Part shown: positions 30,311 to 43,100 of the stretch, one piece after another
Position numbering within the stretch: the first letter of the stretch is position 1
Layout: each line of letters starts with the position of its first letter
Source of the DNA: Macrostomum lignano
Taxonomy: Eukaryota
Length of the DNA stretch: 64,000 bases
Direction: 5' to 3'
Assembly (NCBI GenBank): GCA_002269645.1
Contig: NIVC01001573.1
Location: forward strand, 62,001-126,000
The notes under the pieces: model-generated
What the model was told of the DNA's origin: nothing
The model's database searches: none
Seen by the model: the letters and a program-made list of their open reading frames with translations, nothing else
Position numbers and translations under genes: made by a program

Positions 30311-33300
30311 GCCTTGCTGTTATACTGTCCTTCTGTCCTGCGCACTATGTGACCATCGGGAGAATCGAGTGTGCACCTTCAATAATCGATTCGATACCGG
30401 AAGTGGCAGTGCAGTGCTTTATGGTGGAATTGGGGGAGTTTTGAGCCCCCGTAGCAATCCTGTTGGGATCAGCACAGACTAGAGATTTATATGCATAGAA
30501 CCCGTGATTCAAGGCAAAGGTGTGCTGCATATTCATGCCGAAACCTGCTAGTGATCCTATGCAACTGGGCATTAAAGTTGAGCTTGGAGCATAAAACTCC
30601 AACGGTTTTGCAGTGAAGCATTTTAGGGTACATTGAATCCAATGAGTTTGGTATGCCTTTATTGGAATCTGTTTGATCAGCTTTTCCATGCATTTTTAGC
30701 GTTACAAAAATAATAACTGTATGGACTGTGCTGCTAGCTGTCTACATGCCTCATGGTAGTCAAACAAGACCTCATCGATACACACAAGAAGTTTTCATGT
30801 TACATTGTTACTGTGCATGCATTATGTTCATGTAAATACATGTATACACGTACAGCAGTATATAATTTACATGTACTGCGGAAACTTTTTAAAGCTCAGA
30901 AATTTCAAAAATTACAATGTTAAAACTTGAAACTATACTAACTACGAGCTATACGAGCGTATCATGCTTGCTGAATTCGAAACGTTGCCTTTTCCTTTTT
31001 TTGTTTGCCAAGCACAGACGTTATGTAGCAATGTACTGTAAACGCTGCAATACGCGCGCGTGTACATGTAAAGTGTATAATAAAGTCTTGCTTCGGATTT
31101 TTTAAGCATACCATGTATAAGAGCAAGCTAGTGTAAAAGACCTAAAATTAATTAAACTCCGCGTGAATTACTAGCTGAATCCCACCGGTGCTACACCAAA
31201 TGTAAAAGGTTCGAAATTATATAAACTTGAATCAATTGCTAACTCCGGTTCGAGTTTTGTTACTAATGAGTAGTATCTCGCGGACAAGAGATCCTAACAC
31301 GAAGCGGAATTTAGCTAAGTCTCGCCCGTCCTATAGAACTCCCCTGGGCTATTTGTCTCTCTAGGATTCTAGATTTCCGCTGGGCTATTTGTCTCCCTAG
31401 GACTCTGGATTTCTGCTGGGCTATTTGCATATATTAGTAATCCTATTTCGTTATTTAGTTACTGTATTTCGACATTTTTACGTATAATCCAAGGAGCCCC
31501 ATCACACTAGGACCACTGTAAATTAGTATAACTGTGTAACTAAATGTTTTAACTGTAGTATAATGTAAGCTTAACTGTACACTTTAGGTGTATGAACTTA
31601 CTGCTTTTCAAAAGAATTTATTTTTAATTATTAAACTGTCATGTACACATACATGAAACACGTCAATTCGCTCGTGTCTACAGCTTGCTTTTAACTTTTA
31701 TGCAAATTTAGCTGTAAAGCATACCTTTTCACAGTGTCAATTTCCAATAACTAGAAAAATCTAGAACAGTACGGCAACAGCACACAGTCTCAGAGCGATT
31801 GTCTCTGCTCCGCGCGCGCAGTATTCTCCGTGAAAAGTTCCGTTTTGGTCATGATAGCCGAAAAATGTTTTATAAGCCCCACAGCTTCCTATAGATTCGT
31901 TACAAAATAATATGTTAAGTTGGAATTCTTGACTATAATCTAAGTTTTCCGAGAAAAATCTTATTCGAGATCTCGAAAAGTTAGCTTTCGAGAAAGTAAA
32001 GTAAAAATTAGCGCAAAATGCGTCACTTGATTTTCTAGCAAAAGCCGGAGAGAATAGAAACAAAGAAAACTTTTTTCAGTGAAAAAGTATTGAAGGCAAA
32101 ATATTTTATTAAATAGCAGAATTTTATTCTAGTTTAGTTAAATTTACTGTGCTACATTATTTTTGATTTTCTGTCATCAATTGCTCACACAATCGTCGTC
32201 GTGTTACATCACGAGCTGTAAGGCTGGCCTTGATGCGCGAACTGTATTCCCTATGACGTGAACGTGACTAAAAGTACTTTAGGTTCGGACGGTCGGACCC
32301 TACATTCCCTTCAAAAAACCGACTTCTGTTAGCGGTATTGTGACATTGACATTGTCTACATACATTGATAGCAATAGGTTGAATAGCAAGTAGGACCTAA
32401 TGCTTTTGCTAAGCAATATGCATGCACCGGTTTTACGCAAGTCGCAATTATTGGTCCATCCAGTAATTATTGGTCCATCCAATAATAAGAGGCCTATACG
32501 AAATGTACAGTTGGATTGCATATGCTAATAATATTAAAAATTAAAATATGGTAATAATCAGTCCTATCGTTGCGATCTTTACATCTAAAACAAAAATTGT
32601 AGACCTAGCTGCCTAGGCTAGGCCTGGCTAGAGTGCATCATGCTTGCAGCTTGCTTGCATAGGTCTAGGTGTTGGTAGGCCTATCTATAGCTAGAAATAA
32701 TAAGTAGCCAAGTAGGCCCCTGGCTTAGGTATAATTGTTAACTTAACACTTGAGGCTAGGCTTAGTTCTAATTATTAAATAACTTAGTATAACTCAACTT
32801 TGCAAAAGGGAGCCAAGATATTAAAAGTACTCAATTTTCTCTTAGAAGTTAGAGTATTTCCTTTTAATGTGTTTAAATGAATTATAAAAAATTACTTTGG
32901 TTATAGTCAGTACAGTGACATAAGTAGGCTAGTTGCTTTGGTGACATTCATTGTAATAACAGGTTAGGGCTTTGCCCTATTCAATGTAGCAATTATCAAG
33001 TTTCATTTATAAAATTATTTTGACTCTAGAAAAGTAACCAAAATATTTTAAATATAAATAAATATATTTAAGAGACTTAAGCTGATTAAGCAATAATTCT
33101 AGGCCTAGGCCTATGCTTCAAAACTTGTTATAATGTATCTGATACTAGAAAGTTGCAATGCCAATAGTCTTTGGGTATGGTCAGAATGTTTAAACATTTT
33201 TTGACTATATAATTATATAATATACTATAATATATAAATCTTTTGCTGTTCATTGGCAGTTTGACCATAGAAAATAATACTTTTTATTTGTTTTTGTTAA

Positions 33301-34495
33301 GACTTATTCACCTAGCTAGTGGGAAAAAAGTTGGTGGCCCGCCAGCAATGTCGCAATGGTATTGCGGGTAATCTGCTGTCAGAATGCGCCAAGAAATGCT
33401 AGCAGCCTGTCAACTTTTTCCCACTGGGAAACTACGAGTAATAAGCTATAGACAATACAGGCAATTTTCTAGTTTGTTTCGCAATATTCTCTAGTTTGAA
33501 TTGGTGCTGCAATATAATGACACACACATCAGAAAATGATATCTATGGCCATAAAGGATACAAAATAGCATTGTTAAAGACATTCTAATTTCATTGGCTA
33601 TCTTCCAGAGTTTTATTGGCTTGGTATTTACAAATTTACAAGTTTCAACATCAAGTGTCTTTAGCATAGCTAGGTAACCAGCAGCACTAAGATAGAAAGG
33701 ATCATGGGCATTAGTTAAGCAAAAGTTTCGCAACATGTACAGTACATCCAATGTCCTCTTTGAGCCGCATCTTGTGGAATTTCTATGGTGCCACCTATAC
33801 CCTTTCACATATTTGGTGCTGTGCTGTATTAGGTGTCACATTATTATCTTCTGTAGGCCTAACCAGATCCTCTGTTTTCCACTTCCCAACTGTTACTGTT
33901 ACTTGTTTGCTTCTATTTCATACCCCTTTTGCTTGGCTATAGATATCATTTTCTAATGTTTCACTACATTAATGCACTGTTCATTTTTTTAAATAAAATA
34001 AATAAGCAAATAATATTGCAAAACAAACTGGAAGATCACCACAATATGATTTTTTTACTTCAAATTTAACTTTCATGCAATTAATCAGTAATGCACTGAG
34101 CTTTTTTCCACACAGTCACAATTGATGCCAATATAGCTAAAGTGGCAACATATGCCAGCTACTGATTTGCCACTTGATTTATTTTTTCAACAAACTTTTA
34201 CTAAGCTCATTAAAAAGTCTAAGGAGCTATGTAGAACCATAACAAGTTGATTATTTTGCTGTAGAAATAAGTTGCAACTAAAAAAGCATGCCATTTCTCT
34301 CGTAGCAATCATTCTTGCTTTTCCCACTAGGCACTTGACAATGTTTTGACCATAGACTAGGCCTATAATAGCTTTTCAATGGTAGATACATTATAACAAG
34401 TTTTGATGCCTAATTAGTGCCTAATTATGCTTAAGTCTCTTAAAAATAGTTATTTGTATTTAAAATAGTTCATATAATACTTTTCTAGAACCTTG

Positions 34496-34647
34496 GCAAC
34501 CTTGGGAATCACCCAGCCATTTCTATTGGCAACACACACATGTATGTCACTATTGGACAGAATAGTAGTCACATGATTGCTCTCAGCCAATAGCAACTTA
34601 GATGTGTGTGTTGCCAATAGAAATGGCCGGGTGATTCCCAAGGTTGC
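34496..34647. other. Near-perfect 46-bp inverted repeat with a 60-nt spacer (hairpin or mini-MITE)
   Basis: GCAACCTTGGGAATCACCCAGCCATTTCTATTGGCAACACACACAT (34496-34541) matches the reverse complement of 34602-34647 with one mismatch. Confidence 0.85.
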
Positions 34648-35343
34648 ACACTTATGATGTATGCCGGGATATACACTAATGTGTGCTGAAAAAAAATGAT
34701 AAGTATCCTTGTTATATGCCAGGAAATCCTAGCATACATTTCACTTTTCAAACTATGGCATATATTATAAAGCTTATTTTTCATAATGAAATATTGCTAA
34801 GTCATAAAAAGAGATATCCCTAATGGCATCATTTTTTGGTACAAGTATAAATGATATCATTTGAAGGGACTTTACTTAATTATCTTCCAAACAATATGCT
34901 TTAATGGATGACTGCAATTATTAAATTGTATAATTTATGATTTATCCAATATTTATTTTATGGATAATTGATAGATTGATTATAAGGTATAAAAACAAAA
35001 AAACTATGCTTAGGAAGATGTGAGTATTATTTTAGATTTCATATTTCTAGTACTACTTCCAGTAGCTAGCACTTATTAAAAAAGAGATTTTTATCTTATT
35101 ATCACATTATAAACAAATGTGCAACTGCTAGTCGACCTGGCCAATACTACCTTAATTCGTGGTGGACCAGGGATAAGTTGCAAAAATGCCCATCCCAAAG
35201 AATGCAGATGTAGTACTAATTAGTACTAAAAATGCATTACGAATTCCTGCAAAGGGTGGCAACACCTGTGCTTCAACCGCACCAGTTTTCTTAGCTTAGT
35301 TGCTAAGGACAGTAATTAGCCATTGATCAGCGCTATCCAGAGG

Positions 35344-38300
35344 ATGTCTGTCAGCCAGCCATCTAGTAGCAATGAAGATGCGTCCAGTGCATTGGCGCAG
35401 CAGAGTTCAGCTGGTCCCAATGCCGCCGCTCCCGTGATAGATGCGCCACTGCCTAAAGAGAATCCCTGGCTGAAGAAGATCATTGCCAGCGCCGAGCCTG
35501 GGCCGTCGGTCTTGAAGAAGAAGATGCCGGCCCCTGCTCATGCTCAGCAGCAGCAGCAGCAATACCATCAGCAGAGACAGCAGAGACCTGTCAGGCAGCA
35601 GCAGCAGACAGCAGCTGAGAACAAGAAGCGTTTGGCATTCGCCGATCAGCAGGAGTCGGCTGGCTTCAAAGCCAAAACCGCCGCCTCTGCCGCAGCCGCA
35701 GCCAACGAGGACTGGCCAACGCTGAACCAGTCGTCAGCTTCTAACAACGCTGTTTCTGGCAAAGCCGCAAGCCTCGGCGAAGATCGCGCCAGCAAAAGTA
35801 ATCAAGAAAATACCGCTTGGCAACAACTCGATCAAAAACTCGATCATGCTGGCCAAGAGCAGCAAGAAGCGGCTCCAGCAGGCAATGGCAGCTCCGTAAT
35901 CCCGCCGCCCCGCCGTCAGCCTGGCCATCCGATCCGCCCTGCCCGACCGTTCAAACGATTCGCTCGCACTGGGCGTGCAAAACAGCAGCAACAGCAGCAG
36001 CATCACCAGCAGCTGCGTCAGAATCAGCAGGGTGCCAATAATCAACGCATGGCTCGGATGCACAACTTTCCTAACAACCGCCCGGCTGCTCGCAACGGCG
36101 CCTTCAGACGGTTGCACGGTGGTGGCCTCGGCGACAGTCTGAAGGATATCGAGATTTCTCGATGCGGTCAGTGGCTCAGAATTGGATGATCCCGATTGGG
36201 GCAGAGAGGGGCTCACGGTTAGACAGACAAGCAGATAGACAGCCACAGGTAGACAGGTAGATTTACAGACACGGGTAGATAGACAAGCAGATAGACAGCC
36301 ACAGGTAGACAGGCAGATAGACAGACACAGGTAGACAGGCAGATTGACAGACACAGGTAGACAGGCAGATAGACACAGGTTGACAGGCAGATTTACAGAC
36401 ACAGGTTGACAGGCAGATAGACAGACACAGGTTGACAGGCAGATTTACAGACACAGGTTGACAGGCAGATTGACAGACACAGGTAGACAGGCAGATAGAC
36501 AGACACAGGTTGACAGGCAGATAGACAGACACAGGTAGACAGGCAGATAGACAGACACAGGTTGACAGGCAGATAGACAGACACAGGTAGACAGGCAGAT
36601 TTACAGACACAGGTTGACAGGCAGATTGACAGACACAGGTTGACAGGCAGATAGACAGACACAGGTAGACAGGCAGATAGACAGACACAGGTAGACAGGC
36701 AGATAGACAGACACAGGTAGACAGGCAGATTGACAGACACAGGTAGACAGGCAGATTGACAGACACAGGTTGACAGGCAGATTTACAGACACAGGTAGAC
36801 AGGCAGATTGACAGACACAGGTTGACAGGCAGATTTACAGACACAGGTTGACAGGCAGATAGACAGACAGAAGGTAGTCATAAGTTTCAATAGCACTGCA
36901 AAACAGGAAGGCAAATTCGGCAGATAGGCAGATTAGTAATTAAAAGTCTAAGTCTACGAATTACACCCCTGTGTGGCCACTTGCTAGTTTTTTAATTCGG
37001 CAGTGCGATTCCCAAGGTCGCAGATTCTGTACCTGCTATTTCCCTCGTTCCTTCGTCAGTCGCCTCAACCAAATCGGACGATAGCGACGACAACCCGTAC
37101 TACTGCCTGCCTTACTACGATGACCAGACCTTGCCGGCCTTCACTGGCAATGCTGTGGCTTCAAATATTACGGAGAACGGATCGCGTCAGCTGGGCGCCG
37201 CGCCTGGCGTGTACAAACCGGCCAATGTGATCGCCGATGGCGCCTTGCCCGGTGAGGCTTTGAGAAATTTAGTACATGTGGACTAGCACAGGAACCCCAT
37301 GCAATATTTAGTCATATAGAATAGCAATATTTAGTTATATAGAAGACTCAATGAGCCTATAGAAACCTGAGCAATACCAATGAGCATATAAGAATCAGAA
37401 CAATACCCAATGAGCCTATAGAAAGCTGAGCAATACCCAATGAGCCTATAGAAACCTGAGCAATACACAATGAGCCTATAGAAACCTGAGCAATACACAA
37501 TGAGCCTATAGAAACCTGAGCAATACACAATGAGCCTATAGAAATCTGAGCAATACCCAATGAGCCTATAGAAACCTGAGCAATACATAATGAGCCTATA
37601 GAAACCTGAGCAATACACAATGAGCCTATAGAAACCTGAGCAATACACAATGAGCCTATAGAAACCTGAGCAATACCCAATGAGCCTATAGAAACCTGGG
37701 CAATACCCAATGAGCCTATAGAAACCTAAGCAATACACAATGAGCCTATAGAAACATGAGCAATACACAATGAGCCTATAGAAATCTGAGCAATACCCAA
37801 TGAGCCTGTAGAAATCTGAGCAATACCCAATGAGCCTATAGAAACCTAAGCAATACCCAATGAGCCTATAGAAATCTGAGCAATACCCAATGTGCCTATA
37901 GAAACCTAAGCAATACACAATGAGCCTATAGAAACATGAGCAATACACAATGAGCCTATAGCAATCTGAGCAATACCCAATGCACCTATACTCGCAGAAA
38001 TCTGAGCGATGACCCTATGAGAGTTTATAATCATAGTAAATACCCCATGACCTACATCATGCACCTTTGGCGTCTAAATGCACTTAAACGGAGCCTCCGT
38101 GAACGGATAGCTTCAGTTCATTTTAACTGTCAAGATATTATGTGTTTTTTACTACTATTAGTAGTTGGCACTGAAACCTGAAGCTCTGTTAACCCTTATG
38201 CATTATCTGGCAACTGCAGAGGGCCTGGCCCTGATGTACGCCAGCAGCGGTCACATGCAAGACTTCATGCCCATCGATGAGCTCGTCGACCCGGTCACGG

Positions 38301-39864
38301 GCACCAGATCCGTCATAGTTAACGGCTTGTTCTTCTTCCCGGAAAACTTCGACAGCGACGCCATGTGCGACGTTATGTTCACGCAGATTCGCAAACAGAT
38401 CGAGTTCTACTTCTCCGATGACAATCTCAATCACGACCTGTTCCTGCGCAGCATCATGGATAGCGAGGGCTACGTCAGCGTGCAGACGCTAGCGGGTTTC
38501 AATCGGGTCAACTATTTGAGCAGCGGCAATATTGAGGATGTGGCCGCTGCTATTGACGCTAGCCACGACCTGGAGCTGAGTCCGGATAGGACTAAGGTGA
38601 GGCTTTTGCCCAGCTTAGCGGCTGCTGGGTCAGCGGTTGGGATAAGATGGGTCACAGTTGTTGATTGCTGGGTCAGCAGGTGAGATAAGTGGGTCACAGT
38701 CTCTGATCTGTGAGTCAGCAGGTGAGATAAGATGGGTCACAGTCGCTGATCGGTGGGTCAGCAGGTGAGATAAGATGGGTCACAGTCGCTAATCAGGGAG
38801 TCAGCAGGTGAGATAAGTGGGTCACAGTCGCTGATCTGTGAGTCAGCAGGTGAGATAAGATGGGTCACAGTCTCTGATCTGTGAGTCAGCAGGTGAGATA
38901 AGTGGATCACAGTCTCTGAGCTGTGAGTCAGCAGGTGAGATAAGATGGGTCACAGTCTCTGATCTGTGAGTCAGCAGGTGAGATAAGATGGGTCACAGTC
39001 GCTGATCAGTGAGTCAGCAGGTGAGATAAGTGGGTCACAGTCGCTGATCTGTGAGTGAGCAGGTCTGCCACAGTTTATGATCAAGTAGAGTCAGAATCAG
39101 GTCAGACTGCTACAGATGCTGGTACAAGAGATGATTCTTATTTAATCGGAGCCGTTCAATCAATCGCACCGCCCGCCTGTCCCAGGTGCGCCGGCGCGAC
39201 AACCCCCACCTGTGGCCAATCGATCTGGACACGTACGAGCGCGACAAAGTTGATGCCGCTGTGCAGGAGAGCCTGGAGCAGCAGCTGCTGCAGCAACAGC
39301 GGCGGGAAGAGTCTCACGACGAGAATCAGATTGATGATGCCGACAATCGCAACTATGATGAGGCTGGAGAGATTCTGGCCCCATCTGCGGCCGAGGTCAA
39401 CAACAATGACGCGGGCGTTGGAGCCGAGCTGCCAGCTCTGAACATCGATGCTCCGGAGTTCGTTCCCGTGTGGGGCGGCGCTGCTCAAGGTTTGTTCGTG
39501 TCAAAAAAATTTTATTTTCAACCTGTAACTGTCAGTCAAGCAAAGTTGTCAGTGGTTAGTACATTTCGAATGCAGTCTAGTTGAAGAAATTCATAAACTC
39601 TGAGAGGTTTTTTATTTCGCTGGTCAATTTTAGTTGCTAGCCGGCCGGAGCCGCAGCAGGAGGAGTTGCCTGCGAACGATGCAGCGCAGCATTTCTCGGC
39701 CAGTCTGCCTCAGGATATTGGCCGATGTGAGTGAAGATCCCTATCTACTGCTTAGTTAGTTAGCTAGTCAATTAGTTAGCTAGCTAGTTAGATAGTTAGC
39801 CAGTTAGTTAGTTAGTTAGTTAGTTAGTTAGCTAGTTAGTTAGTTAGTTAGCTAGTTAGTTAGC

Positions 39865-39904
<40 letters not shown>

Positions 39905-39908
39905 CAGC

Positions 39909-39944
<36 letters not shown>

Positions 39945-39948
39945 CAGC

Positions 39949-39992
<44 letters not shown>

Positions 39993-39996
39993 CAGC

Positions 39997-40040
<44 letters not shown>

Positions 40041-40044
40041 CAGC

Positions 40045-40100
<56 letters not shown>

Positions 40101-40104
40101 CAGC

Positions 40105-40138
<34 letters not shown>

Positions 40139-43100
40139 TTTAGTTAGTTAGTTAGTTAGTTAGTCAGTCAGTTAGTTAGTTAGTTAGTTAGTTAGCTAGC
40201 TAGTTCGCTCGACGAGCCTTAGTTCGATTCCTTCGGGGAAATTGTCCAAGGATTGGCTTGTGCTATTCACACCCGTGATGGGCCAACCCCAAAGGCCTGA
40301 CGATTATAAAGTCAGGGCTGCTGTGCACCCTGTGTGAGCGTGTGTAGAAATGCCTGCCTGCGTACAGATGCGCTTCTACATGCATGTGCCCAGGAGTCAG
40401 CGCTAGTTGTCGGACGATGTCGATGAGGCTGACCCTCCTGCAATTAATATTCTCACTGTTAGCTAGTCAGTCTGTACAGAGCGGCTCTCTTACTTTTTCA
40501 TAATCAGACAGTGTACACACACATTAGCCGCGTGTGCAGAATCGAACCCACGACCTGTTACCACTGAAAGCTGCTCAGATTTTACTACTTATTTAGTAGC
40601 TTAGCAGATTCATTTACTTGAAATTACTCAACATAGAGTAGAGAGATACAAGAAATTCCAATCAAAAATCATGGCGACGTTCCGTTCCCATAGCAACCGC
40701 ATCGGACTCGAGGACAGCGCAGACGGGCTCAGACGCCGACAGTCAGGAGTGGACGCAGGTGGTGCAGCGTCGGCGTTCTAGAAGGCGCTCTGGCGGCGGC
40801 GGAGTTTCCGGTTCCAGCGCTTCCGCCCCGCAGCAGGCGCAGCAGCAGCAGGACGAGCTCGACTTCATGTTCGACTGCGAGACCGAGCCGTCGGCCTCGT
40901 TGCAGCCGCCGCCTGGCTCGGCCTCCGGCCGCGGTGGTGGCAGCGCCGGCGGCGGCGGCAGCAGCCGGTCCCGGGCGATCTCAACCACCGAGGACGAAGT
41001 GTCCGAGTCCGATCTCAACCGGCTCATCATTGTGGCGCCCTACGGCGGCGGTGGCGCTTCGGGATCGGGCGGTTCAGCGGCTGGCACTTTGCAGCAGCGG
41101 CACGCAGGCGGCGGCAGCGGCGCCACGGCAAAGCACCCGGGCGGAGACCGGCGCTCGGCGGCTGACCACGTGCCGAGGTGCAACCGGATGACTCACGAGC
41201 TCGCCAGGCAGATTGACGACGGCTTGGTGAACTACGAGGCCGAGATCTGGCGCGTTGCTGGCGCCAGCGGCGGGTCGGCTGCCGCGGCAGCGGAAATCTC
41301 GCCATCGTCGTCGGTGACATCGTCGGCCGCTTCAATCGGTGGCGGGCATCGCAAAGTGCAGCTGGTATCGGAGGAGAGGCTTCGGGCGGCGCAGAGGAGC
41401 CTATCGGGCTCGCGGGAGCATCTGCAGCCTCCGCAGCAGCCGCCGCCCCCGCCGCCGCCGCCGCCGCCGTCCTCCGCCTACTCAGCGATGGGCCAGGCTG
41501 GCCGCCCCTCCGGCCGGTTCTTTCCCGTGTACGCCGAGAAGCAAGTCAGCCAGCCGCCAAGGGAGGGCGCACCCAGGAAGCAGAAGACTCGGCACAGTGC
41601 TAACCCGCCCCAGGAGCAGAGCATTGGCTACGTGTTCGACGTCAGGGAGCACCGGGCTCGGTCCAGGACCTCCTCTACTAGCAGCAACTACAGGTGCAGA
41701 AGGCGGTAGAGGAATGCAGCATAATTATCCCTGAGCTTCACAAACTGATTGAGCTTCACAACCCTGAGCTTCACAAACCCTGAGATTCACAGACACTCAG
41801 CTTCACAAAACTTGCCTTCACAAACCCTGAGATTCAAAGACCCTCAGCTTCACAAACCCTGAGCTTCACAAACCCTGAACTTCACAAACTGATTGAGATT
41901 CACAAACCCTGAGCTTCACAAACTGATTGAGATTCACAAACCCTGATCTTCACAAACCCTGATCTTCACAAACCCTGAGCTTCACAAACTAATTGAGATT
42001 CACAAACCCTGAGCTTCACAAACTGATTGAGATTCACAAACCCTGATCTTCACAAACCCTGAGATTCACAAACCCTGATCTTCACAAATCCTGAGATTCA
42101 CAAACCTTGAACTTCACAAACCCTGAGCTTCACAAACCCTGGGATTTACAAACCCTGAGCTTCACAAACCCTGAGATTCACAAACCCTGAGCTTCACAAA
42201 CTGATTGAGATTCACAAACCCTGATCTTCACAAATCCTGAGATTCACAAACCATGTGATGAGCGGGATATACGATTCTATTATTATTATAAAGAAATACT
42301 GTTTTTCATCACGTCAAATTCACCGCTCGTTAACAACTGCCCATTCAACTGTTGGAATCTCTATCCCTCTGCCTTCATCCAGCGAGTTCAGCTCCGTGGC
42401 CTCCAGCCTGCCCAACAATCTGCCCAGCTGCGTGCCCCAGTGCCCGCCTGCCACCGGCGTGCACCCTTCGCAGGTGCTGCTTCAGGAGCAGGGCTTCAAC
42501 TTTGTCGATTATAACCATTATCATAGGCGCTGTCTGCAAGGTGAGCTTTGACCATTGGATAGTCTCAACTTTATCGTCAGATATTCCCACCATTTAGTTT
42601 AGATTATCTCACCCTCTATTCACATCTCACCCTCCATTTACATCTCATCTCACCCTTTATTCAAATTTCACCTACATTCACATCTCACCCTACATTCACA
42701 TCTCACCCTACATTTACATCCCACCCTACAATTCACATATTACCCTCCATTGACATCTCATCCTCCATTCGCATCTCACCCTACATTCACATCTCACCCT
42801 CTTTTCACATCTCATCCTCCTTTCCCATCTCACCCTGCATTCACATCTCACCCTGCATTCACATCGCACCCTGCATTCACATCTCACAATCCATTCACAT
42901 CTCACCCTCCATTCACATCTCACCCTCCATTCACATCTCACCCTCCATTCACATCTAATCCTGCATTCACATCTCACTCTCCATTCTCATCACGCCGCCC
43001 TTCACCGCCGCCAGACCGCGAGAAGGAAGGCCCGGGCCACTCGCAGGAGATGAACACCCTGTACCGGTTCTGGTCATTCTTCCTGCGCGACAACTTTAAC

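Noticed and set aside
30345-30689. 114-aa minus-strand ORF, and the 105-aa ORF at 33491..33808
   Set aside because: No recognisable motifs, AT-rich codon usage unlike the real exons, and no convincing splice signals.
32600-32790. CTAG/TAGGCCTA-rich stretch
   Set aside because: These are short palindromic words with no consistent period or extended stem, so it was treated as low complexity.
34703-35170. Possible U12-type intron (GTATCCTTG donor, ACCTTAAT branch-like site 13-14 nt before AG) in the LARP1 5' region
   Set aside because: An 8-mer match is expected by chance in a window this size, both signals are imperfect, and no exon evidence flanks them. It needs cDNA support.
39641-39726. 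Acceptor at 39640 for LARP1 exon 5
   Set aside because: It gives the wrong frame. The AG at 39632-39633 restores the FSASLPQD...QEWTQV similarity to LARP1 and the phase continuity.
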